Source: Bacteroidota bacterium
GTDB lineage: Bacteria > Bacteroidota > Rhodothermia > Balneolales > HLUCCA01
Reading direction: 5' to 3'
DNA: 64,000 nucleotides
Assembly: GCA_020832235.1 (NCBI GenBank)
Contig: JAFIEZ010000003.1
Coordinates: 333,350 to 397,349, forward strand
Under the pieces are notes generated by a model. It ran no database searches. It was not told the origin of the DNA and worked only from the letters and a program-made list of their open reading frames with translations. Position 1 is the stretch's first letter, and each line of letters begins with the position of its first letter. Shown here piece by piece: positions 1-8,859 of the stretch. Made by a program: the position numbers and the translations under genes.

Positions 1-1461
1 TCCTACTAGTATTCCGGCAAGCACCGTTACTAATATCAGCAGAATTTGATTGAGTTCAATGTTAAAGGCTGTTATAACTATTCCAGCCATTTCGGCCAGA
101 TAAGCAGATGCATTTGCGACAATAATGTGGCCAAATAACAAACCGGCGAGTGCTCCTATAGCACATATAACCGCCGATTCCATAACTATAATACTAAAAA
201 TAGTACCTCTTTTTGCTCCAAGGGCTCTCATCACAGCCAAATCACGCTTACGCTCTTCCATCGTGTTATAAATAGCGATGAGTACGCTGAAAAGAGCGAC
301 AATAACAACAAACCATGCTACTAATCGCAATACTTGTTCTGCATTTCCTACAATGCTCATCAGGTTTCTGATCTGCATTGCCGGCACAACGGCCATAATG
401 TCTTCTTTGTATGCAAAAAATGGATCGCGCATCATATTTCTTGCAAGTAGTGGATTATCGGGTGTCGGGAAGTTTATCATTCCGGCAATTTGAATAGCCG
501 CTGCAGGATTTACCATTCTAACAAGAACGGCATCAAGCTCCTTTAGTTCTATTTGATTGATTACTTGACTTGCTGCCTGTCCATGTGTGTGATCGTGAGT
601 ATGCCCGTTTTCTTGCCCATGTGAGTGGCTATGGTGTTCGTGGTGACCGTGACTATGTCCGTGATCATGGTGATCGTGACTGTGTTGCTCGTCAGTGTGT
701 CCATGATCGTGGGTGTGTTTCTGGGTATCATGCTCATGGCCATGGCTGTGTTCGTGGGCGTGATGCTCGTGACCGTGCCCATGATCGTGGTGATCATCGT
801 GAAGATGGAGGTGAACGTCATGCAGTGCATGTGTAGTATATAAATCGGTGAATATTGCCCTGTCATTTGCAGTGCCAGATGGTTCCAGTATTCCAACTAT
901 AATTACAGGAACATCATCATGAACATGGGCCTCCGCACCCGGTGCCGGTTCACTGAGACCGTGTGTGATAAATATTTCATCTCCAATTTTGTGTCCTGTT
1001 CTACGTGCAACTTCAGATCCGAATACAGCCTCAAGTGGTCGCTCAAAGTTTCTGCCTTCAGCCATACGGAACGGTTGCCCTCTTCGCGGTTCAGCTTTTT
1101 CAATAAAGTTGGCACTGGTACCTACGACTCTGTACCCTCTGTAGCTGTCACCAACATAAAATGGGAAGGCGATTTCAACACGTGGGTCTCGCTTAGCGGC
1201 TTCATAAACACCAATTGGTATAATTCCAACGGATGTCTCTAGATGGTATAGTGTGTTTAAAGTTGCCTGAAGCTGACTTCCCTTCGCGGCAAATAGCAAG
1301 TCATAGCCCACGCTTGTTTGATTAAAACTTCGCTCTGTTTCCTGTTGGATGACAAGCACTGCAACTACCATTGCTATTCCAAGAGTAATGGAACTTATTG
1401 TAAGCGTTGTGCTTAATAGTCGCTTCTTGAGGTTTTTTAATACAATTGATGTTAGATTCAT
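1..1461 (-). CDS. ABC transporter permease, FtsX/MacB (type VII) family, with histidine-rich extracytoplasmic insert; C-terminus runs off the left window edge
   Basis: Not in the supplied ORF track. Hand translation of the minus strand from ATG 1459-1461 is stop-free to position 1: MNLTSIVLKNLKKRLLSTTLTISSITLGIAMVVAVLVIQQ... The layout is TM1, a large loop domain, then hydrophobic TM2-TM4 (LVAWFVVIVALFSVLIAIY; IVMESAVICAIGALAGLLFGHII; LLILVTVLAGILVG). The FtsX-type motif ERKRDLAVMRALGAKRG is present. The start overlaps the upstream ATPase stop (ATGA). Confidence 0.85.
   Translation of the reverse strand, partial: MNLTSIVLKNLKKRLLSTTLTISSITLGIAMVVAVLVIQQETERSFNQTSVGYDLLFAAKGSQLQATLNTLYHLETSVGIIPIGVYEAAKRDPRVEIAFPFYVGDSYRGYRVVGTSANFIEKAEPRRGQPFRMAEGRNFERPLEAVFGSEVARRTGHKIGDEIFITHGLSEPAPGAEAHVHDDVPVIIVGILEPSGTANDRAIFTDLYTTHALHDVHLHLHDDHHDHGHGHEHHAHEHSHGHEHDTQKHTHDHGHTDEQHSHDHHDHGHSHGHHEHHSHSHGQENGHTHDHTHGQAASQVINQIELKELDAVLVRMVNPAAAIQIAGMINFPTPDNPLLARNMMRDPFFAYKEDIMAVVPAMQIRNLMSIVGNAEQVLRLVAWFVVIVALFSVLIAIYNTMEERKRDLAVMRALGAKRGTIFSIIVMESAVICAIGALAGLLFGHIIVANASAYLAEMAGIVITAFNIELNQILLILVTVLAGILVG
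580..831 (-). repeat. His-rich low-complexity coding tract inside the ABC permease
   Basis: In the permease frame this reads HALHDVHLHLHDDHHDHGHGHEHHAHEHSHGHEHDTQKHTHDHGHTDEQHSHDHHDHGHSHGHHEHHSHSHGQENGHTHDHTHG. By hand count that is about 38 His in about 84 residues. The DNA is an imperfect reiteration of CAY-GAY/GGN codons. Confidence 0.9.
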
Positions 1462-2132
1462 TTAACTGCAAGGTCCGGGCTTGGGGTTAGCGTTAGGATA
1501 TCCAATACACGTTCGAATTGACTAATTACGTCAGATTCATGAGTTACAACGAGAAGTACTTTGCCTTCGGCAGCGTTTTTTAACAGACGAAGCACTTCGG
1601 CTGATGACGAAGGATCCAGGTTTCCTGTAGGTTCATCGGCCAGTATGATTTTTGGGTCATTTACCAACGCTCTTGCAACACATACGCGTTGTTGTTGACC
1701 GACAGACAATTGGGAAGGTTTGTAGTGTAACCTGTCTGTTAAGCCTACTTGAGCCAATACCTCCTCCGCTCTGGATTTTGACGCTGCTTTACCTGAAAAC
1801 ATCATTCCCAACTGTACATTTTCAAGTGCTGTAAATCCGTCTAAAAGGTTGAAGCTCTGAAACACATAACCAATATTGTCGGCTCTGAAACGGTCGCGCT
1901 GTGACTCGGAAAGTTTTGTGATATCTACATCGCCTATTGTAATGGTCCCACTTTCAGGGTTTATTAAACCTGAGAGTAGGTGCAATAAGGTGGTTTTACC
2001 CGTGCCCGAAGGCCCAGCAATTGCTGCATGGGTCCCCTCATTAATTTGTAAATCGTCGATATTGAGTATGGTTTGATAGGAACCATTTTCAGGATTTGTG
2101 TACCCTTTTTTGACATGGTGCATCCGAATCAT
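1458..2132 (-). CDS. ABC transporter ATP-binding protein (MacB/LolD-like)
   Basis: Walker A GPSGTGKTT, ABC signature LSVGQQQR, Walker B ILADEPTGNLD, H-loop VTHE. There are 4-nt overlaps with both neighbours. Confidence 0.93.
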   Translation of the reverse strand: MIRMHHVKKGYTNPENGSYQTILNIDDLQINEGTHAAIAGPSGTGKTTLLHLLSGLINPESGTITIGDVDITKLSESQRDRFRADNIGYVFQSFNLLDGFTALENVQLGMMFSGKAASKSRAEEVLAQVGLTDRLHYKPSQLSVGQQQRVCVARALVNDPKIILADEPTGNLDPSSSAEVLRLLKNAAEGKVLLVVTHESDVISQFERVLDILTLTPSPDLAVK

Positions 2133-2431
2133 TCTGATTCCTCCAGGTCGAAGTGAACTTTATAACCAAGATTTTCAATGGATTCCCGGATGTGAGAACG
2201 ATCGGGTACCCGGTTAGATGGTACAGTAAAAACGACACTACTATCTTCTAAACTTACGCTAATATTGCTCACTCCGTTTATACGTCTCATTTCGTTAGTT
2301 ACTGCTCCGACGCAACTCTCGCAAAACATTCCCTCAACATGGAAAACAACTTCACGTTCTTCTGTTGATTCTTTATTTGAGCATCCCATCAAAACAATTA
2401 TCAGTAGGGTAGTGGTTAGCAGAAATTTCAT
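2129..2431 (-). CDS. Heavy-metal-associated (HMA) domain lipoprotein
   Basis: Signal peptide with lipobox LMGC. GMFCESC matches the GMxCxxC metal-binding loop of the CopZ/HMA fold. 100 aa. Confidence 0.8.
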   Translation of the reverse strand: MKFLLTTTLLIIVLMGCSNKESTEEREVVFHVEGMFCESCVGAVTNEMRRINGVSNISVSLEDSSVVFTVPSNRVPDRSHIRESIENLGYKVHFDLEESE

Positions 2432-2441
2432 AAGTAGTTAA

Positions 2442-2933
2442 TTAGCGTGTATACGTAATAATGTGTCCAACTTGAATATCATGCCGCATTACGTAACCAG
2501 CATTAACCTCCAGTACGTATTTAGCAGGATAAATGGAATCTATCTGGTCACGTGTAAAGGGTTGAGCATTTTGATGAATGTGCACTATGCGCCCTTCACG
2601 GTCAGCAAATAGCAGGTCAAGTGACAAAGGCGTGTTGGCCATCCAAAAGCTTTGACGTTGTTCCGACTCAAATATAAATAACATACCACCGTCAGATTTC
2701 ATTTCTTGCACATCCATTAATCCCAAACTGCGCGATTTGTCATCGTCGGCAATGGCTATATCAATGAGTGCGACTTCCTCGCCGGAAATGCCGCTAATTG
2801 CAAGAGTGGCCGTGTATTCTATGGTTCTTCCTGCAGACCGGCTGCTTTCGCCTTCATCAGGGGTACTTTGGTTGCAAGCCAGCAAAGCAAACGTGAAGAG
2901 TAGAGAATAAAAAAGACGGTGCACGTGATTCAT
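2442..2933 (-). CDS. DUF192 domain-containing lipoprotein
   Basis: Lipobox LLAC. I recognise the core (GLMDVQEM..GMLFIF...FWMANTPLSLDLLFAD..G.IV.I......P) as the DUF192/COG1430 pattern. Confidence 0.7.
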   Translation of the reverse strand: MNHVHRLFYSLLFTFALLACNQSTPDEGESSRSAGRTIEYTATLAISGISGEEVALIDIAIADDDKSRSLGLMDVQEMKSDGGMLFIFESEQRQSFWMANTPLSLDLLFADREGRIVHIHQNAQPFTRDQIDSIYPAKYVLEVNAGYVMRHDIQVGHIITYTR

Positions 2934-3042
2934 TTTCTTGACCAGTAACAGTTGGTAGTGAAAAAGAAATTAAGTATACAAGATATTGCTCAAAAAGCAT
3001 TCGGCTTTACAATATTTGATTATATCAGCAAACCTCCAAACA

Positions 3043-3074
3043 TTTGTAAATCAGTACTATTAAAGCTATATTTG
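3043..3074 (+). promoter_or_regulatory. Candidate Bacteroidota-type sigma-A promoter for the rimP-nusA-infB operon
   Basis: TTTG at 3043-3046, a 20-nt spacer, then TATATTTG at 3067-3074. This is a perfect match to -33 TTTG / -7 TAnnTTTG. Confidence 0.45.
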
Positions 3075-3086
3075 AAAGCTGAAAGG

Positions 3087-3117
3087 AAGTGAGCGCCATA
3101 CGCCCTCACTTTTTTTT
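3087..3117 (+). terminator. Intrinsic-terminator-like hairpin plus U-tract in the rimP leader (possible attenuator)
   Basis: AAGTGAGCGC-CATAC-GCCCTCACTT forms 9 bp with one C.C mismatch, followed by a T run to 3117. It lies 22 nt before the rimP ATG. No upstream plus-strand gene exists for it to terminate. Confidence 0.5.
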
Positions 3118-3139
3118 GTACCTGTAATCTTGAAATGCA

Positions 3140-3601
3140 ATGCAAACACCATTACTCGAAACCCTTACTGAGCTTGTTGAGCCCATTCTTGAAGACACAG
3201 ATTTGTTTCTGGTTGAGATTGAACTAAAGGGTAACGATAGCAACCAGCAAATAGGTATCTACGTAGATAACCATGATGGAGGTGTGAACATTGACCAATG
3301 CGCTGAAGTAAGTAAAAAGCTTGGTTTCATAATTGAATCTCAGGAATTGATTACAGGCAAGTACACATTGAATGTATCTTCCCCTGGGCTTGACCGACCT
3401 CTGAAAGACCGCCGCCAATATCAAAAGAATGTTGGAAGAAAGGCATCTGTAAAGTTTGAGGAGGAAGGGAAGATGAAAAAACTTAAAGGAACTTTCTCTG
3501 AGTTAACCCAAACCGGCGTTGTATTGGTAACCGAGAAGAAGGAACAAAAGGAAATTTCCTGGGAAAGTTTGACTGAAATCAAAATACTTCCCGCATTTTA
3601 A
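3140..3601 (+). CDS. rimP: Ribosome maturation factor RimP
   Basis: 153 aa at the conserved position upstream of nusA. LEVSSPGLDRPL-type motif present (LNVSSPGLDRPLK). Confidence 0.9.
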   Translation: MQTPLLETLTELVEPILEDTDLFLVEIELKGNDSNQQIGIYVDNHDGGVNIDQCAEVSKKLGFIIESQELITGKYTLNVSSPGLDRPLKDRRQYQKNVGRKASVKFEEEGKMKKLKGTFSELTQTGVVLVTEKKEQKEISWESLTEIKILPAF

Positions 3602-3631
3602 TCACTTTATCTGCTGATTTCGGAGAACTGC

Positions 3632-4891
3632 ATGCAAAATGATATTTCAAAACTGATTATTCACTCCTTTTCGGAGATAGCCAAGGAAAAAGGCATTGAC
3701 AGAGATATGCTCTTGTCTATTCTCGAGGATGTTTTTCGATCCATGATTCGTAAAAAATACGATAGTGACGAAGCGTTCGAAGTTATCTTAAATGCAGACC
3801 GTGGTGAAATTCAGATGCTTCATGTAAGAGAGGTCGTGCCTGATAATGAGGTAGGTGATCCCGTTACTGAAATAGGTATTACCGAAGCGCAGAAATTTGA
3901 TCCTGATCTGGAACTCTACGATGAGTTCGCACAAGAAGTCCATATTGAAGATTTTGGAAGACGCTCAGTTATGATGGCCCGACAGACTCTCGCTCAGCGA
4001 ATTCGTGAAATCGAAAAAGATAATGTCTTTGAGGATTACTCCGACAGAGTCGGAGAGATAATCTTAGGTGATGTTTATCAGGTTCGCACCAAGGATATTT
4101 TGGTGAACCATAATGGTATAGAGCTTATACTCCCTAAGTCTCAGCAAATTTATAAAGATCGCTACCGGAAAGGTGATACCATCAGGGCCGTAGTTATCGA
4201 AGTAAAGCGCGAAAACGGCAATCCTGCTGTAATAATTTCAAGAACATCACCACTGTTTTTAGAACGACTTTTTGAGAATGAAATTCCGGAAGTATTTGAC
4301 GGTATTATTGAGCTCATTAAGGTAGTGCGTGAGCCTGGCGATCGTAGTAAGGTTGCGGTGGTATCTCACGATGAACGTGTTGATGCTGTAGGCGCTTGCG
4401 TTGGTATGAAGGGGATTCGTATTCATTCTATTGTACGAGAACTTTGTAATGAGAACATCGATGTAATCAATTACACCAAGGACAAGAAAGAATTTATCAA
4501 GCGTGCACTTCAACCGGCCGATGTACATTCAGTAGAGCTCACCAACGATGAAAAATTTGCTAAGGTGGTGGTGCCCGCTGATCAGGTATCTAAAGCAATT
4601 GGAAGGGGTGGTGTAAATATTCGCCTTGCTTCCATGCTTACAGAGTGTGAAATTGATGTTTATCGTGAGATAGACGAAGAAGACGATATTGACATAAATG
4701 AGTTTACCGAGGATTTCGGTGATGAGGTAATTCGAATACTCTACGAAATTGGATGTGACACGGCACGTGATGTTCTTCGTATGGGTGTAGATGAAGTAGT
4801 AAAACGATCTGAAGAAAAGATCGACAAAGAGTTGGCGGCTCGAATCATCAAAACGATTGAAGTTGAGTTTGAAGATGAAGCGAACGCATAA
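3632..4891 (+). CDS. nusA: Transcription termination/antitermination factor NusA
   Basis: N-terminal domain, S1 domain and two KH domains (GMKGIRIHSIVREL; GRGGVNIRLA). Synteny rimP-nusA-infB. Confidence 0.96.
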   Translation: MQNDISKLIIHSFSEIAKEKGIDRDMLLSILEDVFRSMIRKKYDSDEAFEVILNADRGEIQMLHVREVVPDNEVGDPVTEIGITEAQKFDPDLELYDEFAQEVHIEDFGRRSVMMARQTLAQRIREIEKDNVFEDYSDRVGEIILGDVYQVRTKDILVNHNGIELILPKSQQIYKDRYRKGDTIRAVVIEVKRENGNPAVIISRTSPLFLERLFENEIPEVFDGIIELIKVVREPGDRSKVAVVSHDERVDAVGACVGMKGIRIHSIVRELCNENIDVINYTKDKKEFIKRALQPADVHSVELTNDEKFAKVVVPADQVSKAIGRGGVNIRLASMLTECEIDVYREIDEEDDIDINEFTEDFGDEVIRILYEIGCDTARDVLRMGVDEVVKRSEEKIDKELAARIIKTIEVEFEDEANA

Positions 4892-4925
4892 GTAACACGA
4901 ATAAACGGAAGGTTAGATTCAAAGA

Positions 4926-7742
4926 ATGGCGGTAGACGCAAAACCAAAAAGACTGTTTAAAGTTGCCTCAGAATTTAATGTATCAACACAATCTATTGTT
5001 GATGCACTTGGGAAGAATGGGTTCACTATTGACAATAAACCTAATTCAAAAATCACCCAGGAAATGTATGAGGTACTTGAACGCAACTACGGTGAAGATA
5101 AAGCTCGTAGCAGGGAGCATGAACGCTCAAGAGAAGAATACGAGACTCGTCGTACAGCAATCTTATCTTCCAGAAACGAAAAAGTTACCCTGAATTCACT
5201 TGATTCTATTGATTCACTTGATCCTTTGGAACCACTTGACTCTCTGGAACCTCAGGATACTATTTCTGAACAGCCTGCACCAAAACCTACTGATGTACAG
5301 GAGCAACCTGAAAAGGCTGAACCTCCGAAGGCACCTGAACCACCTAAGGTTGAGAAGCAAGAAGTTGTTGTAGAACCTGTGAAGCCGGAACCGGTTAGAC
5401 CTGAAGTAGAAACTACCCCAGATAAGGATGACAAAAAGCCGGAACCGGTTGAGAAGACAGAGACCGCTGAAGCAGACAAGCCATCTGACCCTGAACCAAT
5501 CGAGGAAGAGGGCAAGACAGTTACTGCTGCTAAACCTCCTGCACCCGAACCGGAACCCACGCCACCTGCTGCTGTGGATGACGAGCCGGAAGAAGTTATT
5601 CGTGGCAGAGCACAGCGCTTGAAAGGTACCAGAGTTATCGGCAGAATCGACGTTGCTCAGACTGTACCTGAGGACGCAGAAGAGCCACTTAAGAAACGCA
5701 AAAAGAAAAAGAAAAAAGTAGTATCTGCAAAAACGGATGACCCGGTAAAAAAAGCAGAAACGACCGAAGACGATGGCGCTTCAAAATCACGCAAGAAGAA
5801 AAAAAGAATTACGGGTAAGCCCGAGAAAAAAGTTTCTTCGGAAGATGTAGATACGAAAATGCGTGAAACCATGGCGTTGCTACAAGGCGGTTCAGGAAAG
5901 AAACGTCAGAAAAGAAGACGAGCGAAGCGTGATGAAGCCGCAGCGGAGCGCGAGCTCATGGAAGAGATGAGCAAAGAACAAGGCTCTATTCTCGAAGTAA
6001 GCGAATTTATCACCGTTAGTGATTTGGCTGACTTGATGAACGTGACCGTCAATCAAGTAATTACTGCTTGTATGAGCAACGGTATGTTCGTGTCAATTAA
6101 CCAACGATTAGACGCAGCAAGCATAGAGTTAATTGCAGTTGAGTTTGACCGGGAAGTTAAATTTATTGATGCCGAGCAAATGTCTGCAGAGCTGGTCGAG
6201 GAGGAAGATGACCCAGACACACTCGAACAGCGAGCACCCGTTGTAACCGTAATGGGCCACGTTGACCATGGTAAGACTTCACTTCTTGACTACATCCGTA
6301 AAACTCGTGTTACGGCAGGCGAAGCAGGTGGTATAACGCAACATATTGGAGCCTATGCGGTTAGTCTATCAGATGGAAGAAAGATTACATTTCTCGATAC
6401 TCCAGGCCACGAAGCTTTTACCGCGATGCGTGCGCGTGGAGCTCAGGCTACAGATATTGTAATTCTAGTTGTTGCGGCAGACGATCGCGTGATGCCCCAG
6501 ACTATTGAGGCTATCAATCACGCACAGGCAGGTGGAGTACCTATTGTCGTTGCAATTAATAAAATGGATAAGCCTGAAGCCAATCCAGATAAAATCAGAC
6601 AACAGTTGTCTGACCACAATGTAATTGTTGAAGATTGGGGTGGTAAAACACAGGTTGCAGAAGTTTCGGCGCACTCTGGGGCAGGTATCGATTCTTTACT
6701 TGAAAAAGTGCTTATTGAAGCTGAACTCATGGAGTTAAAGGCGAATCCAAACCGAAAAGCAAGTGGTATCATTCTTGAGACTAAGGTCGATAAAGGAAAA
6801 GGTGTGGTTGCTAACGTTCTTGTGCAAAAAGGTAGCATGAAAGTCGGAGATCCATTTGTAGCAGGGCAGTATTACGGTAGAGTTCGCCTAATGGAAAATG
6901 AGCACGCCGAGAAACTCACCGATGCAGGACCATCAACTCCCATCCAGTTAACAGGATTCGATGGATTACCTCAGGCTGGAGACAAAATTGTTGTTACGGT
7001 TGACGAGAAAACGGCCAAAGAAATTGCCATAGAACGCCAGCAGATTAAACGTCAACAAGATCTTCGTAAAGTCAAACATCTTACACTAGATGATATTGCT
7101 CGCAGACTCGCACTTGGTGATATAGCAGAACTCAATCTCATTATTAAAGGTGATGTTGATGGTTCAATTGAAGCTTTATCTGGTTCACTTCAGAAAATCA
7201 GCAATGATGAAGTCCAGGTGCATGTGATTCACACTGGTGTAGGGGCGATTTCTGAATCTGATGTACTTCTTGCATCTGCCTCAGACGCCATTATAATTGG
7301 TTTTCAGGTAAGACCCACGTCCAACGCCAGAAAATTAGCAGAGAAAGAACAAATTGATATTCGCTTATTCTCTGTTATTTATGACGCTGTTGACGCTGTT
7401 AAAGATGCACTAGAAGGAATGCTAAGTCCTGAAATTGGCGAGAAGATTACCTCTAATGTCGAAGTTCGTGAAACATTCAAAGTGCCTGGTGCTGGAACTA
7501 TTGCCGGATGTTATGTTACCGAAGGGAAAATTACACGTAATACAAAGATTCGTCTTATACGAGATGGTATTGTAATTTTTGACGGTACCCTATCGTCACT
7601 GAAACGTTTCAAAGACGATGTTCGTGAAGTGAGCAGTGGTTATGAGTGTGGTATGGGCATCAATAACTATAATGACATCAAAGTTGGTGATATCATAGAG
7701 GGCTATGAAATCACAGAAACCAAGCGTAAACTTTCTCAATGA
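4926..7742 (+). CDS. infB: Translation initiation factor IF-2
   Basis: G domain motifs GHVDHGKTSLLD, DTPGHEAF, NKMD. The N-terminal region is P/E/K-rich and low-complexity. Confidence 0.97.
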   Translation: MAVDAKPKRLFKVASEFNVSTQSIVDALGKNGFTIDNKPNSKITQEMYEVLERNYGEDKARSREHERSREEYETRRTAILSSRNEKVTLNSLDSIDSLDPLEPLDSLEPQDTISEQPAPKPTDVQEQPEKAEPPKAPEPPKVEKQEVVVEPVKPEPVRPEVETTPDKDDKKPEPVEKTETAEADKPSDPEPIEEEGKTVTAAKPPAPEPEPTPPAAVDDEPEEVIRGRAQRLKGTRVIGRIDVAQTVPEDAEEPLKKRKKKKKKVVSAKTDDPVKKAETTEDDGASKSRKKKKRITGKPEKKVSSEDVDTKMRETMALLQGGSGKKRQKRRRAKRDEAAAERELMEEMSKEQGSILEVSEFITVSDLADLMNVTVNQVITACMSNGMFVSINQRLDAASIELIAVEFDREVKFIDAEQMSAELVEEEDDPDTLEQRAPVVTVMGHVDHGKTSLLDYIRKTRVTAGEAGGITQHIGAYAVSLSDGRKITFLDTPGHEAFTAMRARGAQATDIVILVVAADDRVMPQTIEAINHAQAGGVPIVVAINKMDKPEANPDKIRQQLSDHNVIVEDWGGKTQVAEVSAHSGAGIDSLLEKVLIEAELMELKANPNRKASGIILETKVDKGKGVVANVLVQKGSMKVGDPFVAGQYYGRVRLMENEHAEKLTDAGPSTPIQLTGFDGLPQAGDKIVVTVDEKTAKEIAIERQQIKRQQDLRKVKHLTLDDIARRLALGDIAELNLIIKGDVDGSIEALSGSLQKISNDEVQVHVIHTGVGAISESDVLLASASDAIIIGFQVRPTSNARKLAEKEQIDIRLFSVIYDAVDAVKDALEGMLSPEIGEKITSNVEVRETFKVPGAGTIAGCYVTEGKITRNTKIRLIRDGIVIFDGTLSSLKRFKDDVREVSSGYECGMGINNYNDIKVGDIIEGYEITETKRKLSQ

Positions 7743-8095
7743 GCATCCGTACCGAACGCATAGCGGCTCAACTCAAACGTGATATGGGACCTCTGCTGCA
7801 GAAATATCAGCGAGGCTCCATGATTACCGTTACCACAGTACGCGTGAGCGATGATCTGATGGTCGCTAAAATATATTTAAGCATATATACACCAGACGGT
7901 GATAATCAATCCGCATTTGAGTATGTACTCGAAAACGCAACGGAAATTCGATCTGAGCTGGCAAGTTTAATCAGGCATCAGGTTCGCCGTATTCCAGAGC
8001 TACACTTCTATCTGGATGATACCGCAGAATATGTTAATCGTATTGAGCATCTGTTTAAAAAGATTAAGGATGATCGTGACACCCGTCAGGGGTAA
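7739..8095 (+). CDS. rbfA: Ribosome-binding factor A
   Basis: 118 aa; 4-nt overlap with the infB stop. I recognise the RbfA family pattern (VTVTTVRVSDDLMVAKIY). Confidence 0.9.
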   Translation: MSIRTERIAAQLKRDMGPLLQKYQRGSMITVTTVRVSDDLMVAKIYLSIYTPDGDNQSAFEYVLENATEIRSELASLIRHQVRRIPELHFYLDDTAEYVNRIEHLFKKIKDDRDTRQG

Positions 8096-8106
8096 ATACC
8101 TTTGAA

Positions 8107-8859
8107 ATGTGTTCATCATTCGACTTCGCTTTTCCGATTTTCAACAAATCACTTCCACCGGTAAATAAAGACGTACCTGAGGCATCTGCTTACCTCGTTG
8201 ACAAACCACTTGGATGGTCAAGTTTCCGTGTAGTTGGATTGATGCGTAAATTACTTGATATCAAAAAAGTAGGTCATGCAGGCACCTTAGACCCTATGGC
8301 TACCGGGCTTCTAATCGTCTGTGCAGGAAAAAAAGCGACAAAAGAGATTCATTTATTTCAGAATGCAGAAAAAGAATACCGTACTGAAATTACGTTCGGG
8401 TATTCAACTGCAAGCTACGATTCTGAAACCCCTCCGGTTGAGTATAAGGATTATGATCATTTAAAAATGGACGACATACAACAGTGTATACATCAACACT
8501 TCCATGGTGAAATCCTTCAAACACCACCGATGTTTGCCGCCATTAAACAAAATGGTGTACCTTTGTATAAACTTGCCCGCAAAGGTCAGATAGTAGAACG
8601 TGAGCCACGAAGAGTTTCGATTCACCATGCTGAAGTACATAGTTTTAAACCACCGGTTCTTGATCTGACGATTCGGTGTAGTAAAGGTACGTATATACGT
8701 TCAATAAGCAACGACTTGGGGGAATTGCTAGGTACTCGATCTCACATGAGTGCACTTCGCAGGACCGCTATTGGCAGTTATGCTGTTTCTGAAGCTTTAA
8801 CCATACAAGAACTTTGTAATTATTTAGATCCTGATGGCAAATTTGATATATCTATCTGA
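8107..8859 (+). CDS. truB: tRNA pseudouridine(55) synthase TruB
   Basis: Catalytic Asp motif GHAGTLDPMATGLL. Synteny after rbfA. Confidence 0.93.
   Translation: MCSSFDFAFPIFNKSLPPVNKDVPEASAYLVDKPLGWSSFRVVGLMRKLLDIKKVGHAGTLDPMATGLLIVCAGKKATKEIHLFQNAEKEYRTEITFGYSTASYDSETPPVEYKDYDHLKMDDIQQCIHQHFHGEILQTPPMFAAIKQNGVPLYKLARKGQIVEREPRRVSIHHAEVHSFKPPVLDLTIRCSKGTYIRSISNDLGELLGTRSHMSALRRTAIGSYAVSEALTIQELCNYLDPDGKFDISI

Noticed and set aside
570-843. Plus-strand ORFs 570..836 and 625..843, and minus-strand ORF 561..896 (Thr/Met/Ile-rich), over the His-codon repeat.
   Set aside because: They are alternative-frame or antisense readings of the His-rich tract of the ABC permease. Their compositions (R/G/D/V-rich, V/M-rich, T/M/I-rich) are what frame-shifted CAY/GAY repeats produce. 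Only the permease frame is continuous with homologous sequence on both sides.
5191-5718. Short tandem codon repeats in infB (LDSIDSLDPLEPLDSLEP; duplicated AAGCCGGAACCGGTT; an A-rich KKRKKKKKK run at 5691-5718).
   Set aside because: These are ordinary low-complexity linker sequence in the IF-2 N-terminal region. The reading frame is intact and the G domain follows normally.
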